DNA of 64,000 nucleotides, taken from Eledone cirrhosa (lineage: Eukaryota). The stretch covers positions 19,034,001 to 19,098,000 of the forward strand of contig OZ024758.1 in assembly GCA_964016885.1 (NCBI GenBank), given 5' to 3'. Made by a program: the position numbers and the translations under genes. The notes beneath the pieces were generated by a model that saw only the letters and a list, made by a program, of their open reading frames with translations, was not told where the DNA came from and did no database searches. This document shows positions 1 to 14,922 of the stretch, in pieces (position 1 is the first letter of the stretch; each line of letters starts with the position of its first letter).

Positions 1-85
1 GTGTATTTGAGAGAGACGGTTTGTATATGTCCGTGTGTATATACGTGAACTTATGCATGATATACACATTTACTTATATAGATAC

Positions 86-163
<78 letters not shown>

Positions 164-589
164 GTGTTTGTATGTGTGTATTTTTCTCTGTCTGTGAGCT
201 ATAGGTATGTAGATAGGAAAGCATATTTGCAAGTACGTATATACATGTCTCGGTGTGTGTGTATGTCTATGTGTGTGTGTGTGTGCGTGTCCAGTTGAAA
301 GTATTTGACCAGTTTTAACCCAAACGTATAAAACTGCCAATTGTCGGTGTAGAATTGGAATACACTTTGTCAATTCCCAGCTAACTAAATATATTATGTC
401 AGGGCAAAATTAGATTTCACCAACATATCCTTTGATTCTGGGTTTGCTAAGAATTCTATGTAATGCAGTTCAGATGAGGACTCCTAGAAAGTTATAAGTT
501 TGTATTATATCTACATATGCGAAAATGGCAGCGTATATATTGCTGAATGTGTTTATATGTATGTAACCATGTATGAAAGTATGTATGTA

Positions 590-651
<62 letters not shown>

Positions 652-844
652 TATACAGACACACACAAACATACGTGTGTGTTTGTATATAAGAAAGCAA
701 GAAGAATAATTTAACGAGAAAGATTAATCTATACAACGGCTATGATAGTATCGTTTATCTAATTCGTGGTGTCTGCGCATTACTCGGAGTATTTTCCGAA
801 TTATATATAGCTTCAGAACAAAGCGCCCTGCTTCCAACTCAAAA

Positions 845-1020
845 ATAATTGTTCTACTTTTGGCACAAGCCCAGCATTTATCCCATTGTATTACTTGTAC
901 TTTATTTATCCACCTCGTAAGGATGAAAGGCAAAGTTAACCTCGGCGCGATTTGAACTCATCATGAAAAGGCCGTAACTCATTGCTGCAAAGCATGGAGT
1001 CCGACTTTCTACCGAAACTA
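845..1020 (-). mobile_element. tRNA-derived SINE (Meta/MESC-like core), diverged copy
   Basis: Reverse complement of family consensus: B box (GAGTTCAAATC), core GCCTTTCATCCTTACG..GATAAATAAAGTAC, 3' end TTGTGCCAAAAGTAGAA-ATTATT. Confidence 0.8.
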
Positions 1021-1748
1021 ATGCACGAGGAGTTCAAGATTTTCATAACTAAATATCAAATGGAAAGAATTAGAAATGTATGCGTGTTTTTATCAACGTT
1101 TCCAGTTTATGTCCCACAACTTAGCTATTTAACAAAAGAAATAGATATATAAGTAGTACCAAACCTTAAACTATATATATACTTGAAAGGGCGGGGAGTT
1201 GATATAATGTATTCACTTCCTTTAAAGATTTGCACTAGCATGAGAAAATATAATGATTGAAAGCAGTAACACAATTTAAACATAAAAAAACTTCCATCTA
1301 AAACTTTCCTTAGACAATGATTCATTCTCATTCGTTTGTTCCAATATTTCAATAGTTACACTAAAGTTATAGAAATTATTGACACTACTATGATATATTT
1401 TATTACTTTATTAAGCTACATGCTTGAATATTTTAAAAAACATTTTACTTAGAATATTGATGTTTCTGTGAAGATTTTTAACACTTTCGTTACTATATAT
1501 TTATGATATACGCTGCCTAGGATCTTTAATTCATTTTTAACACAACAAAAACGTTGGAAAGACTTATTTTCTCATTCTTTTCTTAACGACTAATTTTCTC
1601 ATTATTATTTTATGGTTCGGGACATAAGTTTTGAACATAAGTTTCTCACATAAAATGTTGATGGTAGATTTATATGACGAGGAGCAATAGTTTTGAAATA
1701 TATATATATCAAAGGTATATATATATATTTATTAAAATAACAGATTAA

Positions 1749-1799
1749 AGTTTAAGCAAAGAATCGCTGCTTTCACCCTTAACGGGATCTTCTGAAACT
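1749..1799 (-). ncRNA. Type I hammerhead-like fold, variant core CAGAAGA (family A, inverted arm)
   Basis: Reverse complement of the 2313-2363 motif. Confidence 0.6.
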
Positions 1800-2312
1800 G
1801 ACAAAGTCAATCTGTGAACGCAGAAGTGAATATTTCAAAAAAAACGTTGCAACCGGAGGAAGACAGGAACACGATACTTTGGTTCGTGGAAACGTTCCCT
1901 AGCAAAGAACGGGAAAATACGAATATAATAGGTAATTATTTGGAGCGTGGAAAAACAATTACACGCAAAAACAAAACCACGTTTATGGTATAAAAGAAGT
2001 CGTAGGCTAATATTCTATTAGGTGGTTCATAGAGACGTTCTCTGGCAATGAACGAAAACAACGAAGAACCAGAGTACGTCTCTATGAACCACCTAATAGA
2101 ATATTAGTCTACGACTTCTTTTATACCATAAACGTGGTTTTGTCTTTGCGTGTAATTGTTTTTCGCCGCTCCAAATAATGACGTATAATATTCGTTTTTT
2201 CCCGATCTTTGCCAGGGAACATTTCCACGAACCAAAGTATCGTCTTCCTGTCTTCCTCAGGTTGCACCGTTTTTGGAAATATTCACTTCTGCATTTACAG
2301 ATTGACTTTGTT

Positions 2313-2363
2313 AGTTTCAGAAGATCCCGTTAAGGGTGAAAGCAGCGATTCTTTGCTTAAACT
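2313..2363 (+). ncRNA. Type I hammerhead-like fold, variant core CAGAAGA (family A)
   Basis: AGTTT-CAGAAGA-tCCCgttaaGGGt-GAAA-GCAgcgattcttTGC-TT-AAACT; stem I extendable by ACAGATTGA/TTAATCTGT. Confidence 0.65.
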
Positions 2364-2476
2364 TTAATCTGTTATTTTAATAAATATTTGCTATACGGTT
2401 CTTATATATTTGATATATATGTAACCTTATCGAGCCCTCTTTGGAATTTAGTCTTCAAATGTATTATTATTACTAT

Positions 2477-2824
2477 GAAAGGTATATATTGAGTTTGAAA
2501 CTCAATATAGTCCCTTAGAATAAAATAGCTCTAGAAAAGAGATTTTTCAGAGCCGTATATTATAATTGAATATAAAAGAAAGATAAACACAAATATATAC
2601 ATATATGTGTTCAAATCGTAAGGGCCCAGATTCGCTGAGGTGAAAAGAATCCTAACTATGGACAATAGGGTTTGCCTGACTCAATTTAAGAATGAATCAA
2701 GAAAATAAATAGAAACCGGATTTGTAGTAACTACCAATCACCGATACATCGTTTGATAATGCTGTTGGCGAATCTGGTCCCCTTACGATTTGAACACATA
2801 TATGTATATATCTGTGTTAATCTT

Positions 2825-2830
<6 letters not shown>
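2477..2830. mobile_element. TA-embedded fold-back repeat (family also at 37445-37620)
   Basis: Inverted arms ~2575-2637 and ~2768-2830 (CATATATGTGTTCAAATCGTAAGGG / CCCTTACGATTTGAACACATATATG); rearranged copy at 37445-37620. Confidence 0.65.
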
Positions 2831-2862
<32 letters not shown>

Positions 2863-2904
2863 CCTTCATAGCGGCGGGGCGCTACAGAGGTCGAATTATA
2901 TATA

Positions 2905-2937
<33 letters not shown>

Positions 2938-2939
<2 letters not shown>

Positions 2940-3227
2940 AAAGGATAACAAGGACGATTCGTTACTCCTTCATTATATTTATTGGTAGGTGGCGCGCGTT
3001 TCGCCATTGAGCAGCTCAAGGTTCGATCTGTATCTATCTTACCCGACTCGATAATCGGCAGCTCGACGGACCCTTTAAATGGTATAAAAATATGAATACA
3101 TGCTATGTGATAAAGTCAGAAGTTCATAAGTTGTACAATATGAGTTGTTTTGATTGATGGAAAAGATCATAGGGATGTATTGGCCTGTAGTCTATCTGGG
3201 GTGGATGTGATGATAAGATGTTGGCTA
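2938..3227 (-). mobile_element. PLE-like 3' fragment with structured end (second copy 12803-12922)
   Basis: Shared terminus and GCGAAACGCGCGYCACC motif with the 12803-12922 copy; flanked by (TA)n. Confidence 0.5.
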
Positions 3228-3822
3228 TATATATATATATATATATATCGGTCTGATTAGTGCCTCACGCCTGAAGGTATTTAACTATGTACTCGACTGC
3301 CCAGATCACTGACTACTCTCCGTGACAGACAAGAAAAATAAGAAATTTGAGGATTTTTTGCTTAGATTTATTTGTTGCTGTTTTCGCTTTGACTGCATGC
3401 CAATATATGGACTATATGGACTATATTATAAATTTAGCTAGATTCCTGCCGTTCTAATACCGGTGGGTTAGATCTGGCTGTCGAAACACCCAGAGCTCAG
3501 CCGTCGGCGTCCGGACACTTTCCCTATATATATATATATATATGGTCGTTTTGGAACCCTCGACAATGCAGATGGGTAAATCTCCGGGTAACAGAATCCG
3601 GTGGTGAAGAGATAGATGTAAGAGGAAATGTAGAATGAGATGTATAGTGTGTAGAGGAAAGTAGGAAAGAGCGTAAAAATAATAACACGAGATTGTGTTA
3701 CTTTGGAAGAGATTTAACTGTCCCTATATTTCGGATTTCGCATCCATCAACTGGGGTGTTTTCCGAGGGTGGACAGTTTTTAGTCGGAGAGGAACGGTAC
3801 GTGGCTTCTGTTGTCCGGCGTT

Positions 3823-3905
<83 letters not shown>

Positions 3906-4099
3906 AACAGCAGGAATCTAGCTGACCTTATGAAGGCGTATAGTCCATATATACGTGTATATATATATATATATATGGTTTATACGTCGATATCAAGGTA
4001 GATGTGACAAGATCACGACTTAAAATACACGAGACTAAAAATGTGCCGTGTTCATGGTCTTCCCATGTCGTAATACGCAAAAGGTGGCAACCTTACGTT

Positions 4100-4320
4100 A
4101 TAATGGTATTTCCACCGTCGATCCCTCTGCATCATTCCAGATCGTCAGCCGTCAGAATTCCAGTGTCAGATGTTCATAAGAATTTCCATCCTACTATTAA
4201 CCTTCTCCAGCGTTCAGAACATTTTGGTCCGTGCATTCTGAAATGAAGGAGGGCGCGACACACTAAGGAAAACCTACGCGGTAGGAACATGTTCTGCAGC
4301 GGATGATACTGTCTTTCTAA
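4100..4320 (-). mobile_element. Possible very decayed RTE-type LINE 3' end
   Basis: Frameshifted minus-strand peptides DTGILTADDLE / MQRDRRWK resemble the end of the local RTE ORF (DTGLLEMQD..MRDRDRWR). Confidence 0.3.
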
Positions 4321-4607
4321 AGACGTAGTGTATATTAATCAACAGACAGTGTAAGCATAGTGATATTTTTATTAAAATGTTGTCTGTTTACTTTATCTAA
4401 TTGATTAGATTTTTAATCATCTAATAACGCTAACATTAATTTAAAAGCCAACAAACCTCTAGAGAATTTTGGCAAAAATATCAAGTCATTTTTATTTAAC
4501 CATGTACAACCGTGTATATGTGTAATACGTATGTCCACGGTTATATATATATATATATATATAGTATATATATATATATATATATATAAATATATATATA
4601 TATTAAA

Positions 4608-4855
4608 TATATTGTTATACTTGGGGAGAATCATATTTGTGTAATATTGCCAGAATTGATACAGAACACACTGACTGTTTGGTTGGTTTTAGCTTCTGTT
4701 TCTTGGTCAGACAATGGCAACATTAAGGACCGAATAAATTAAATTAACCGATATAAAAGTCTCAGAAGCGAAAACCAACCAAACAGTGAGTGTCTTCTGT
4801 TATTAATTCTGGCAATATCACACAAATGTGACCCTCCCCAAGTATAACAATATTT
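4608..4855. mobile_element. TA-embedded fold-back repeat
   Basis: ATTGTTATACTTGGGGAG...CTCCCCAAGTATAACAAT arms of ~90 bp; same terminus at 12719-12750 and 27900-27932. Confidence 0.7.
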
Positions 4856-4877
4856 GTATCGACTAATTCATCGCCGT

Positions 4878-4915
<38 letters not shown>

Positions 4916-5474
4916 ATTATGTGTGACTAATCCAGGTTATTATTTTAAAAAACCGCGATAATATTGCTTTATGCTGAACTCCATACCTTTTGATGATTGA
5001 TTTTCGGAATGTTTTGACTGGTGTTTCTTGTAAACAGTCATTCATCTCATTCTGACGAAAACTTGCCCTGTTTTCCATGTGTGTTTATTATCTTAATTCC
5101 ACACGAGGCGTAACTAGCCTGCTTTTCAATTCCCTTTCTGGCATATTTTAGCAATAGTTTTTGGTTATCGTGTTTGAGCCCTACTGATGAACGACTCCAA
5201 CCGTGATTAACCCCACTGAAAAGTTTCGTGAAATACTCTTTTTAAGACTATATAGAGCATTTGTAGATTTTTCCAATTTATACTGAGTTAAGACTGTATT
5301 GATTTTTTCTCTAGATTACACCAAATCTATGGATACATTTTCTGCCTTGACTTTTTTTGAGTTGAGATTGAATTATTTTCCCATATCTTACGTTAAATAT
5401 TTTCCATCTTGACGTAATAGTCACTTATATATTATGAATTACTGTTGGCTTCTTTCTCACATTAATTTCTCTAT

Positions 5475-6022
<548 letters not shown>

Positions 6023-6522
6023 AGGTACACACACACACTCACACATACATATATTATGTGTGTGTGCGTATGTATATGTGTATATTTATGTGCACCTGTA
6101 GGTCGATCTGTTTTATAGGTGTATGTCAACATCATCTCTACAGGATGTATTGAAACACATTAACCCCTCTGTCATTTTTGCTGTGTTTTAAAATAGTCGC
6201 CATCACACTTTTTTTTATAAATAATTCCAATATACTTATGTATTCACCATTTTAAAAGAAAACATTATTGTATTTGGTGGCTGTCTAAATAATTCAAATA
6301 AATGGAGTGATAATTTAATAATGCATTCATTGTCTAAATTGCAAGCTATTTATGATGTACACAAGGAATTGTAGCATCCATCACAACATTCGTTTCAATA
6401 TATGGAATTCCAACTAAACTTCAAAAGGCCATACATATCCAGCGAGGGCTTTTGTCTATTAGCTAGACTGCAGTCAAAATTATGTGAAAGTGCAAACATA
6501 GATGGTAAATGTATAGAAGTTA

Positions 6523-6716
6523 CATTCTTAAGCAATCATTCATATTTCATGTTGCAATCTTAAGCAATCCGTCAAATTTCACGTTGCATTCTTAAGCAAT
6601 CCTTCATTTTTTACGTTGCATTCTTAAGCAATCCTTCATATTTCACGTTGCATTCTTAAGCAATCCTTCATATTTCACTTTGCATTATTAAGCAATTCTT
6701 CATGTTTCATGTTGCC
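6523..6716. repeat. 32-bp minisatellite, ~6 copies
   Basis: Unit CATTCTTAAGCAATCCTTCATATTTCACGTTG. Confidence 0.9.
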
Positions 6717-7413
6717 TCAGTTCACGCAGCTGGAAATGAATAATCGTAGCTGCAACAGCTGTGGATTATCCTCATGTTAGACTGGCCTAGTTTTCTGTGG
6801 GTGTTTTTTTTTAACTCGCTTAATACCAATGAAACTAAGTTAAAATCCAAGGTTATTAATCTCTGGGTTAGGACACATTTTATATGTTTTGAATGTAGAA
6901 ATCTAGTTATTATTTTAACAACCAAAGCTGTTGAAAAGCCTTCAGTAATCTCAGTGTTAGATTCAGACATGAAATCAAGCGAAATACTTGAATAACTGAA
7001 ACAACTTTTGAAGGGTCATCTAACAATTTTATCATACTCTGTATTGTTTGATATTATTATATTAAAATGTATCTCACTGGAGACTTTCTGTTAGTATTGA
7101 AATTGACTCCGTTTGTAATTAGAAAGTGCTAATATAAACATTGAAATATTTTTAATACCTGGGAATTTTTAAATGTTTATATAATAAAATTAATAACTGA
7201 AATGTATTCGTATTTCTTTTCCACATATGCCTCTAATATGACTTAGTGAATCACCAAAAAGACCATTAAGAGCATTTCTTATTTTATACTGCTATTACTG
7301 TTAAAACATATCCACTCCTATGGTTAAGGCATTGACCTGCAACTTGTGTTCAAGCTCCAGTACTGCAGGCCTGGTTCAGAAGTTCTGAGATATCTGAAGT
7401 CAACGAATTGACG

Positions 7414-7532
7414 CCATTATTCCCCGATCCACTCTCACCAAGTGTTATATCTTTATTAATAATGTTCCCCATTATTCCCCGATCCACTCTCACCAAGTGA
7501 CATATCTTTATTAATAATTTTCCCCATTATTC
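7414..7532. repeat. ~55-bp tandem duplication
   Basis: CCATTATTCCCCGATCCACTCTCACCAAGTG..ATATCTTTATTAATAAT twice plus a partial third. Confidence 0.85.
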
Positions 7533-8269
7533 ATAGAAGAAGAACTAACATACAATTACACTTGTAGAACATTCTGTCTTCATTGTATCATGGAATTCCA
7601 GACAATATACGTTTTGTCGTGGACTCGATCAGCTGAAGTTTCTCTCCATGGATCAACTCATATATGTGGTGGATAGGAACTTATGCATATACATAGTATT
7701 TGCGTTTATACTATTTATCATAGAATAATCTTATCGAATTTACATCTAACCGTGTATATACCACATATTCACGTACTTATTAATTCTGTCCTCAATGTTC
7801 GGGTTAATTACTGTTATTCTATACCTGATGTAGACAGTTTTATTAAATCTCTGATGTGGGCTTACCATTTCTCACGAGATAAAACCATTAAAATTATAGA
7901 CAATTATGAAAGAACAAATAGTACCCTGCTAGTAACTAGAATTATTATGTTAATTCATATTTTACGTAAAAATAATTAAATCGAAATTTCAACACATGCA
8001 CTACAGACAAAATATTTCGTGCAATACAGTATGAAAATACGACACATATACGAGACCCATCTGAATGCTACAGAGACTATTTTCTACTTAGACCTGACAT
8101 CATTAATAGATATATACAAATATGCTCCTCCTCAACGCATTAAAATTGACACTAAAAAAAATATTAGAATAATAACGATGCTTTTTAACTTTTTAAGAGT
8201 GATGGAACGCAAACATCCAACACATATCCCCATTATATATATATATATATAATTTTGTTCACACTCGTT

Positions 8270-9735
<1,466 letters not shown>

Positions 9736-10610
9736 GTATATTTATGTATAGACTTGTGCGTATGAGTGTGTGTGTCTGTGTGTGTCTGTTTCTTTTCACT
9801 TACAGTTACACAAGGGAATCATTGTAAATGATGTATCTTATTATTATTCATTGAAATAATCATCCTAATTTCTTAAGTGTAATGCGCCACGAAAATTTAG
9901 AAATTGTCGTTTGAAGAAAGAAATAGAAATATGATTGTGATTATTCTTGAAAGTGAATTCCTTTCACATTGCTCTCTCATTCAATAAATAAAATAAACTT
10001 TATTATCTTTTTTCTGTAAATATATTCGGTTATGAAGTGTTAAATCTGTATTTTTAATTTTTCCTTCATTTTTTTTTCGCTGGTTTTCATGTATATTCAT
10101 CTCATTAGTTATATATTCCATACAATTTTTATTTCGTTTTAAATATCCAACTTATACAATAAAATTTTAAAAAATAGAGAAACGATCGAACGTCAAAACC
10201 CTTTCACTTATGTTTTGCCATAACCAATTCGTCATGCTAAAAAATGTTATGAGACAATTCAATACTTGCCACGGGAGAATTATTACGGCTTCCACAGATT
10301 AGGACTGCTTGTTCTCCCCGGATATATGGTTCACTACCTTTACAAAGCTCTCGGTTTTAAATAGAGTGGATTTGAACATAGCTGTCCGTAATATAATACA
10401 ATAGAAAATTTCAGACAAAAAATATATTATAAAACGTTTTTGTTTGTTTTTTTCTGAACGAAACCAACTCATCTAATGCAAGGAAGAAAATTCTAATCCC
10501 TCTCAGAATTTTCTGAGGTTTCTCAAACTTCAGAGAATATGATATTCTCCTCGAATATATTGAAGTATATAGGAAGATGTCTATAAGAGATTAAAATATA
10601 CACTATTTGA

Positions 10611-10785
10611 TAATTGTTTCTACTTTTGGCACAAGGCCAAAATTACGCAGTACATTACAGATACCCGCAATGATGAAAGGCAAAGTTAATCACTGCGGGA
10701 TTTGAACTCAGAAAGTAAAGGACCATAACTCTATACAACAAAGCATGTGTCCGACTTTCTTCGGATACTTCCAGTCCACCGCCCA
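10611..10785 (-). mobile_element. tRNA-derived SINE flanked by ~120-bp direct repeat
   Basis: Family match; flanks ~10485-10614 and ~10789-10906 are diverged direct copies. Confidence 0.8.
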
Positions 10786-11085
10786 AGAAAGAATATTCTA
10801 ATCCCTCTCAACAAACTCTGAGGCTTCTCAAACGTCAGCGAATATGATATATTGAGGTATATAGGAAGATGTTCATAAGAGATTTGAACATACACTATTT
10901 AATAATAGCGAGGCCTTTAGGGAACCAATTTATCACGAAACATACAGGTACATTGTACGAGTCCCAATGTAATGAGTTTCAATACAATAGTAATAAAATA
11001 CGAAATAACACCCGAAACATCGTAATTTCTCTACATACTTTACCTTGAGTTTATGAATTTAAATTGAATATATTTTATTTATATA

Positions 11086-11127
<42 letters not shown>

Positions 11128-11187
11128 TCCATGAGTATGCTATATATGTCTAGGTATGTCTATATATATAATTTGTTTTATTACTAG

Positions 11188-11265
11188 CACGCAGACCAAA
11201 TAAAGATTTGATGATCTGGGAGCGGACTTCACGCTATAACAAACTTCTACGACTGCAGCTACTGG
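11188..11265 (+). CDS. Candidate host coding exon (78 nt, phase 1-1): RRPNKDLMIWERTSRYNKLLRLQLL
   Basis: T-rich tract TTTGTTTTATTACTAG acceptor, strong G|GTAAGT donor, open frame, non-repetitive island; product not recognised. Confidence 0.5.
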
Positions 11266-11457
11266 GTAAGTTACTTTTATTCTTTAATTCATTGATCGCC
11301 AATATATATATATATATAATGAAAGGTATTTGAGGAAAATCAACCTACTTCCATTAAAAGGGTTTAATCACTCACAATTGTTTCTGCCATTTTGTGAAAT
11401 GATATAAGGCTGTCACCACTATCCTTTGAGAGATCCATGTTTGTTGTATTGTTCGGC

Positions 11458-11502
<45 letters not shown>

Positions 11503-11601
11503 TTTATACAATTGAAGACATTTGGTAGATTAAAAATCTGCCGACTTATTCTTTAACACAAGTGAATCACTCCACTGTTTTTGTCTATCCTGAGTTTGAT
11601 T

Positions 11602-11759
11602 ACAATAAATAAGAGATAAGGTTATATTCGTACATACCTATTAGCTATACGATTTTCGAAGATGTAAGACAGTTATTTAATAAATACCTTACATCTTCGA
11701 AATACGTATAACGAATAAAATAAGGATATATGAATAAAACCGTATCCCTTATTTATTGT
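11602..11759. mobile_element. Fold-back palindrome with hammerhead 3' half (GAAA-TACGTA-TA)
   Basis: ACAATAAATAAG...CTTATTTATTGT arms; centre TTTCGAAGATGTAAG...CTTACATCTTCGAAA. Confidence 0.6.
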
Positions 11760-11797
11760 TTAGATATTTAGATATATATGTTTATGTTTATATATAT

Positions 11798-12656
11798 ACT
11801 AGCAGCAGTACCCAGCGTTGCCTGGGTAGGTAAAATAATATCTGCTTTGATGAAAAGTTGTTGATCTTAACGACTGCGAGTTTTTTGAAAATCGGTCGTA
11901 AGGTGTAGTAAATTGCGAAATGTTGAGTTCGTATGGAATATGTGGGAGGTGGAAAAAATCGTATTTTGAAGAGTTAAACGGCTGCCACGTCGTCCCTGAA
12001 CAAAACATGCAAAGTGTAAAGCGACTATAAGATGTGCAATGATAGGTTCTATCTTAGTATAAAAGTTGAACCAAATAAATTGATTTATGTGTGAGGAGGA
12101 GCCGAAGTTTCGAATTTGAACGAAAACGGTTGAAAAATGTGGGAGCTAGAGCCAAAAAGGCGGAAAGTTGGGCGAAAAGGTGGTTTTTATCGAATATTTA
12201 CGCAGCTTCCACGCCGTTCCTGAACAAAAAATCCAAAGTATAAAGCTATTTAAGACGTGAAATACTCAGATGATTAATGTGAGAGCTAGAGCTCAAAAAG
12301 TGGAAATTTGAGTCTAAAAGTGGTATTATTGAATATTTAAGCGGGCCACGTCGTCCCTGTATAACAAATGCAAAATATAACGCCATTAAAGGATTGTAAT
12401 GATAAATTCCATTTTGCTTTAATATTTGAACGAAATCCGTGGCAAAATGTGGGAGCTAGAGCCAAACATTTTATTTTTCGATACCTAAAAAAAGGTGACC
12501 CCTATCGATTTTTATCTGCAGAATGACCCTGCAATGAAAAGAAATGATTCGCTGATATATGGAAAACACTTTCCGATGACTAATCTATGAGCATGAAAAG
12601 TTTTATGAAAATCTGTCGCAAGATATAGGCCCCTATACGTAATAAACAGCCACACA

Positions 12657-12695
<39 letters not shown>

Positions 12696-12700
12696 TATAT
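11798..12700 (+). mobile_element. Non-autonomous Helentron-associated (DINE-1/HINE-like) element
   Basis: Starts ACTAGCAGCAGT then hairpin ACCCAGCGTTGCCTGGGT; three internal diverged repeats (CCACGTCGTCCCTGAACAAAA at ~11985, 12209, 12346); ends in (CA)n then TA; architecture typical of DINE-1-like elements. Confidence 0.65.
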
Positions 12701-12747
12701 ATATATATATATATATATATTGTTATACTTTGGGAGGGTCATGTTGT

Positions 12748-12806
<59 letters not shown>

Positions 12807-13001
12807 ACGAATGGTTACTACTTCATTACATTTATTGTTTGGTGACGCGCGTTTCGCTATTGATAATATCAAGGTTCGGTCTGCATCGATCTGGTCCGAC
12901 TCTGGAATCAAAACTCACCGTACATGAATATATATGAATATATATATCCCGTTAAGGGTGAAACCTGCGATTATTTGCTTAAACTTTAATCTGTTATTTT
13001 A

Positions 13002-13050
<49 letters not shown>

Positions 13051-13166
13051 TAGATAATTTAATATATCTACTAACATAAGCGCACAGATGTACGCTAATG
13101 CCAGCAAATACACAGGTTATGTCATAGTACCTGGGTGGTTCAATGCAGGAGGATGCAGAACAATAA

Positions 13167-13406
13167 TATAAAAGACGTAAAATAAGAAAATAAAAAAAGG
13201 AAAAATTAAAATAAAAAAAATTTTTAAATTTAAAATTAATTTTTTTTTATTTTTTTTTTATTTAAAACTAATTTTTTTTTTTTTTTTAAATTTAAAATTA
13301 ATTTTTTTTTAATTTTTTTAAAATTTAAAATTAATTTTTTTAAAATATGTTTAAAATTTAAAATTAATTTAAAACAATTTTTTTTTTTAAATTTTCTTAT
13401 TTTACG

Positions 13407-13415
<9 letters not shown>
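13167..13415. repeat. Inverted repeat enclosing A/T homopolymer-rich spacer
   Basis: TATAAAAGACGTAAAATAAGAAAAT / ATTTTCTTATTTTACGTCTTTTATA. Confidence 0.8.
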
Positions 13416-13444
<29 letters not shown>

Positions 13445-13750
13445 CTGAATTTGTGTGTAGGATTATGGAAGTGTAGTGTCAAACATGAATACAGAAATAT
13501 CGCGGAATTGTTCTACATAGAGTAAATGAGAAGGAGGGAACTGACACGTTAATGGTATAGACTACAGAGAGAAAACAGGCAAGAGGTTCCAATAAATAGA
13601 AGCATAGAAGACAATTAGATTATACTGTCTGTTATGGATAATGTTCGTGTTGCTGGCGCCTTGAGTGTATTCAAGCATATGTGGTTTCCATATTTTACAT
13701 ATGTATAGTATATTATTAGCACGTGCGATATCATGTCTGACATTAGTCAC

Positions 13751-13782
<32 letters not shown>

Positions 13783-13869
13783 AATATATACAAATTCATC
13801 ACTATTTCCCGCTATCACCTTCTCTCTCTCTCTCACTCTCTCTCTCTCACTCTCTCTCTCTCTCTCTCT

Positions 13870-13926
<57 letters not shown>

Positions 13927-14148
13927 TATATAATCATCTATCTAGGGGTTTATTCGTCTACTTACAAGTATCTGTCTGTCTTCAAGTATCGATCATTGAA
14001 CTGCGGTTATACTGGAGCACTGTCTTCAATGGTTTAGTCGGTAATACCGACAAAGTTACTTATTTTTTGTATAATTCTGTTGTCTATCACATTAATCTTT
14101 CTTCATCGAAAAATTAAGCTCTAGGCCATAAATTCAGTATTAGTTGTT

Positions 14149-14214
<66 letters not shown>

Positions 14215-14440
14215 CCATGTTGCTTGTTTATTTTCCTATCTTCGGTTTGCTTTTATCCTTTTATGTTGTTTACTTGTCCCCCTCGCTTCACGTGAATTAC
14301 TGGTCCCAATAACTTCTTTTAGTTATTGTTCGCACCAACCTAAGGTATCTGATTTTTAATGCGATGAAATACCAATGATGAAGGACTATTTTTATCATAT
14401 GTAACCCATTTGCAACTACGCAGTATTCTTCTTTCTTCTC

Positions 14441-14482
<42 letters not shown>

Positions 14483-14488
<6 letters not shown>

Positions 14489-14922
14489 CCTCTTCATATC
14501 TGTAGTGGAGTCTGTGCTGCTGTATGGGTCTGAGACTTGGACACTGACCAAGAGACTCACTCAGATGGTGGATGGGTGCTACACGAGAATGCTGAGGATG
14601 GCTCTGAACATTAATCAGTATACACTGAGGATGAAAAACTCAGAGCTGTATGGGAGCATCCCAAAAGTCAGCTCAAAAGTGACACAGAGAAGACTGAGGT
14701 TGGCTGGACATGCTCACCGACATCCAGAGTTGACATTGCACTCAGTGCTCCTTTGGGAGCCCCTACATGGACACACTAGAAGAGGAAGACCAAGGTTAAC
14801 ATATGTTGATGCCCTAAGGACAGACACTGGTCTGTTGGAGATGCAGGATATGGCAGCGATAATGAGGGACAGAGACCGCTGGAGAGAACTCGTCCATGGA
14901 TCTCGGGAATTTTACCCGCCTT

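Larger units (their letters stand above)
1726..2475. mobile_element. Family A hammerhead-bearing PLE-like pLTR element, fold-back palindrome
   Basis: Arms ~1726-2038 and ~2077-2386 are near-perfect reverse complements; right arm continues to 3' end ~2475; (TA)n at the left end; other copies at 17409-17985, 35203-35372, 37647-37805. Confidence 0.8.

Noticed and set aside
5184-5240. CTGATGA...GAAA possible hammerhead
   Set aside because: No convincing stems I-III
6523-6716. 32-bp repeats of CRISPR-like length
   Set aside because: Directly tandem with no unique spacers, no cas genes, eukaryotic context
14365-14430. (C/A)TGA.GA...GCAA motif shared with 50575-50640
   Set aside because: The repeat is real, but stems I and II do not pair; the apparent splice donor at 50611 lies inside this repeat
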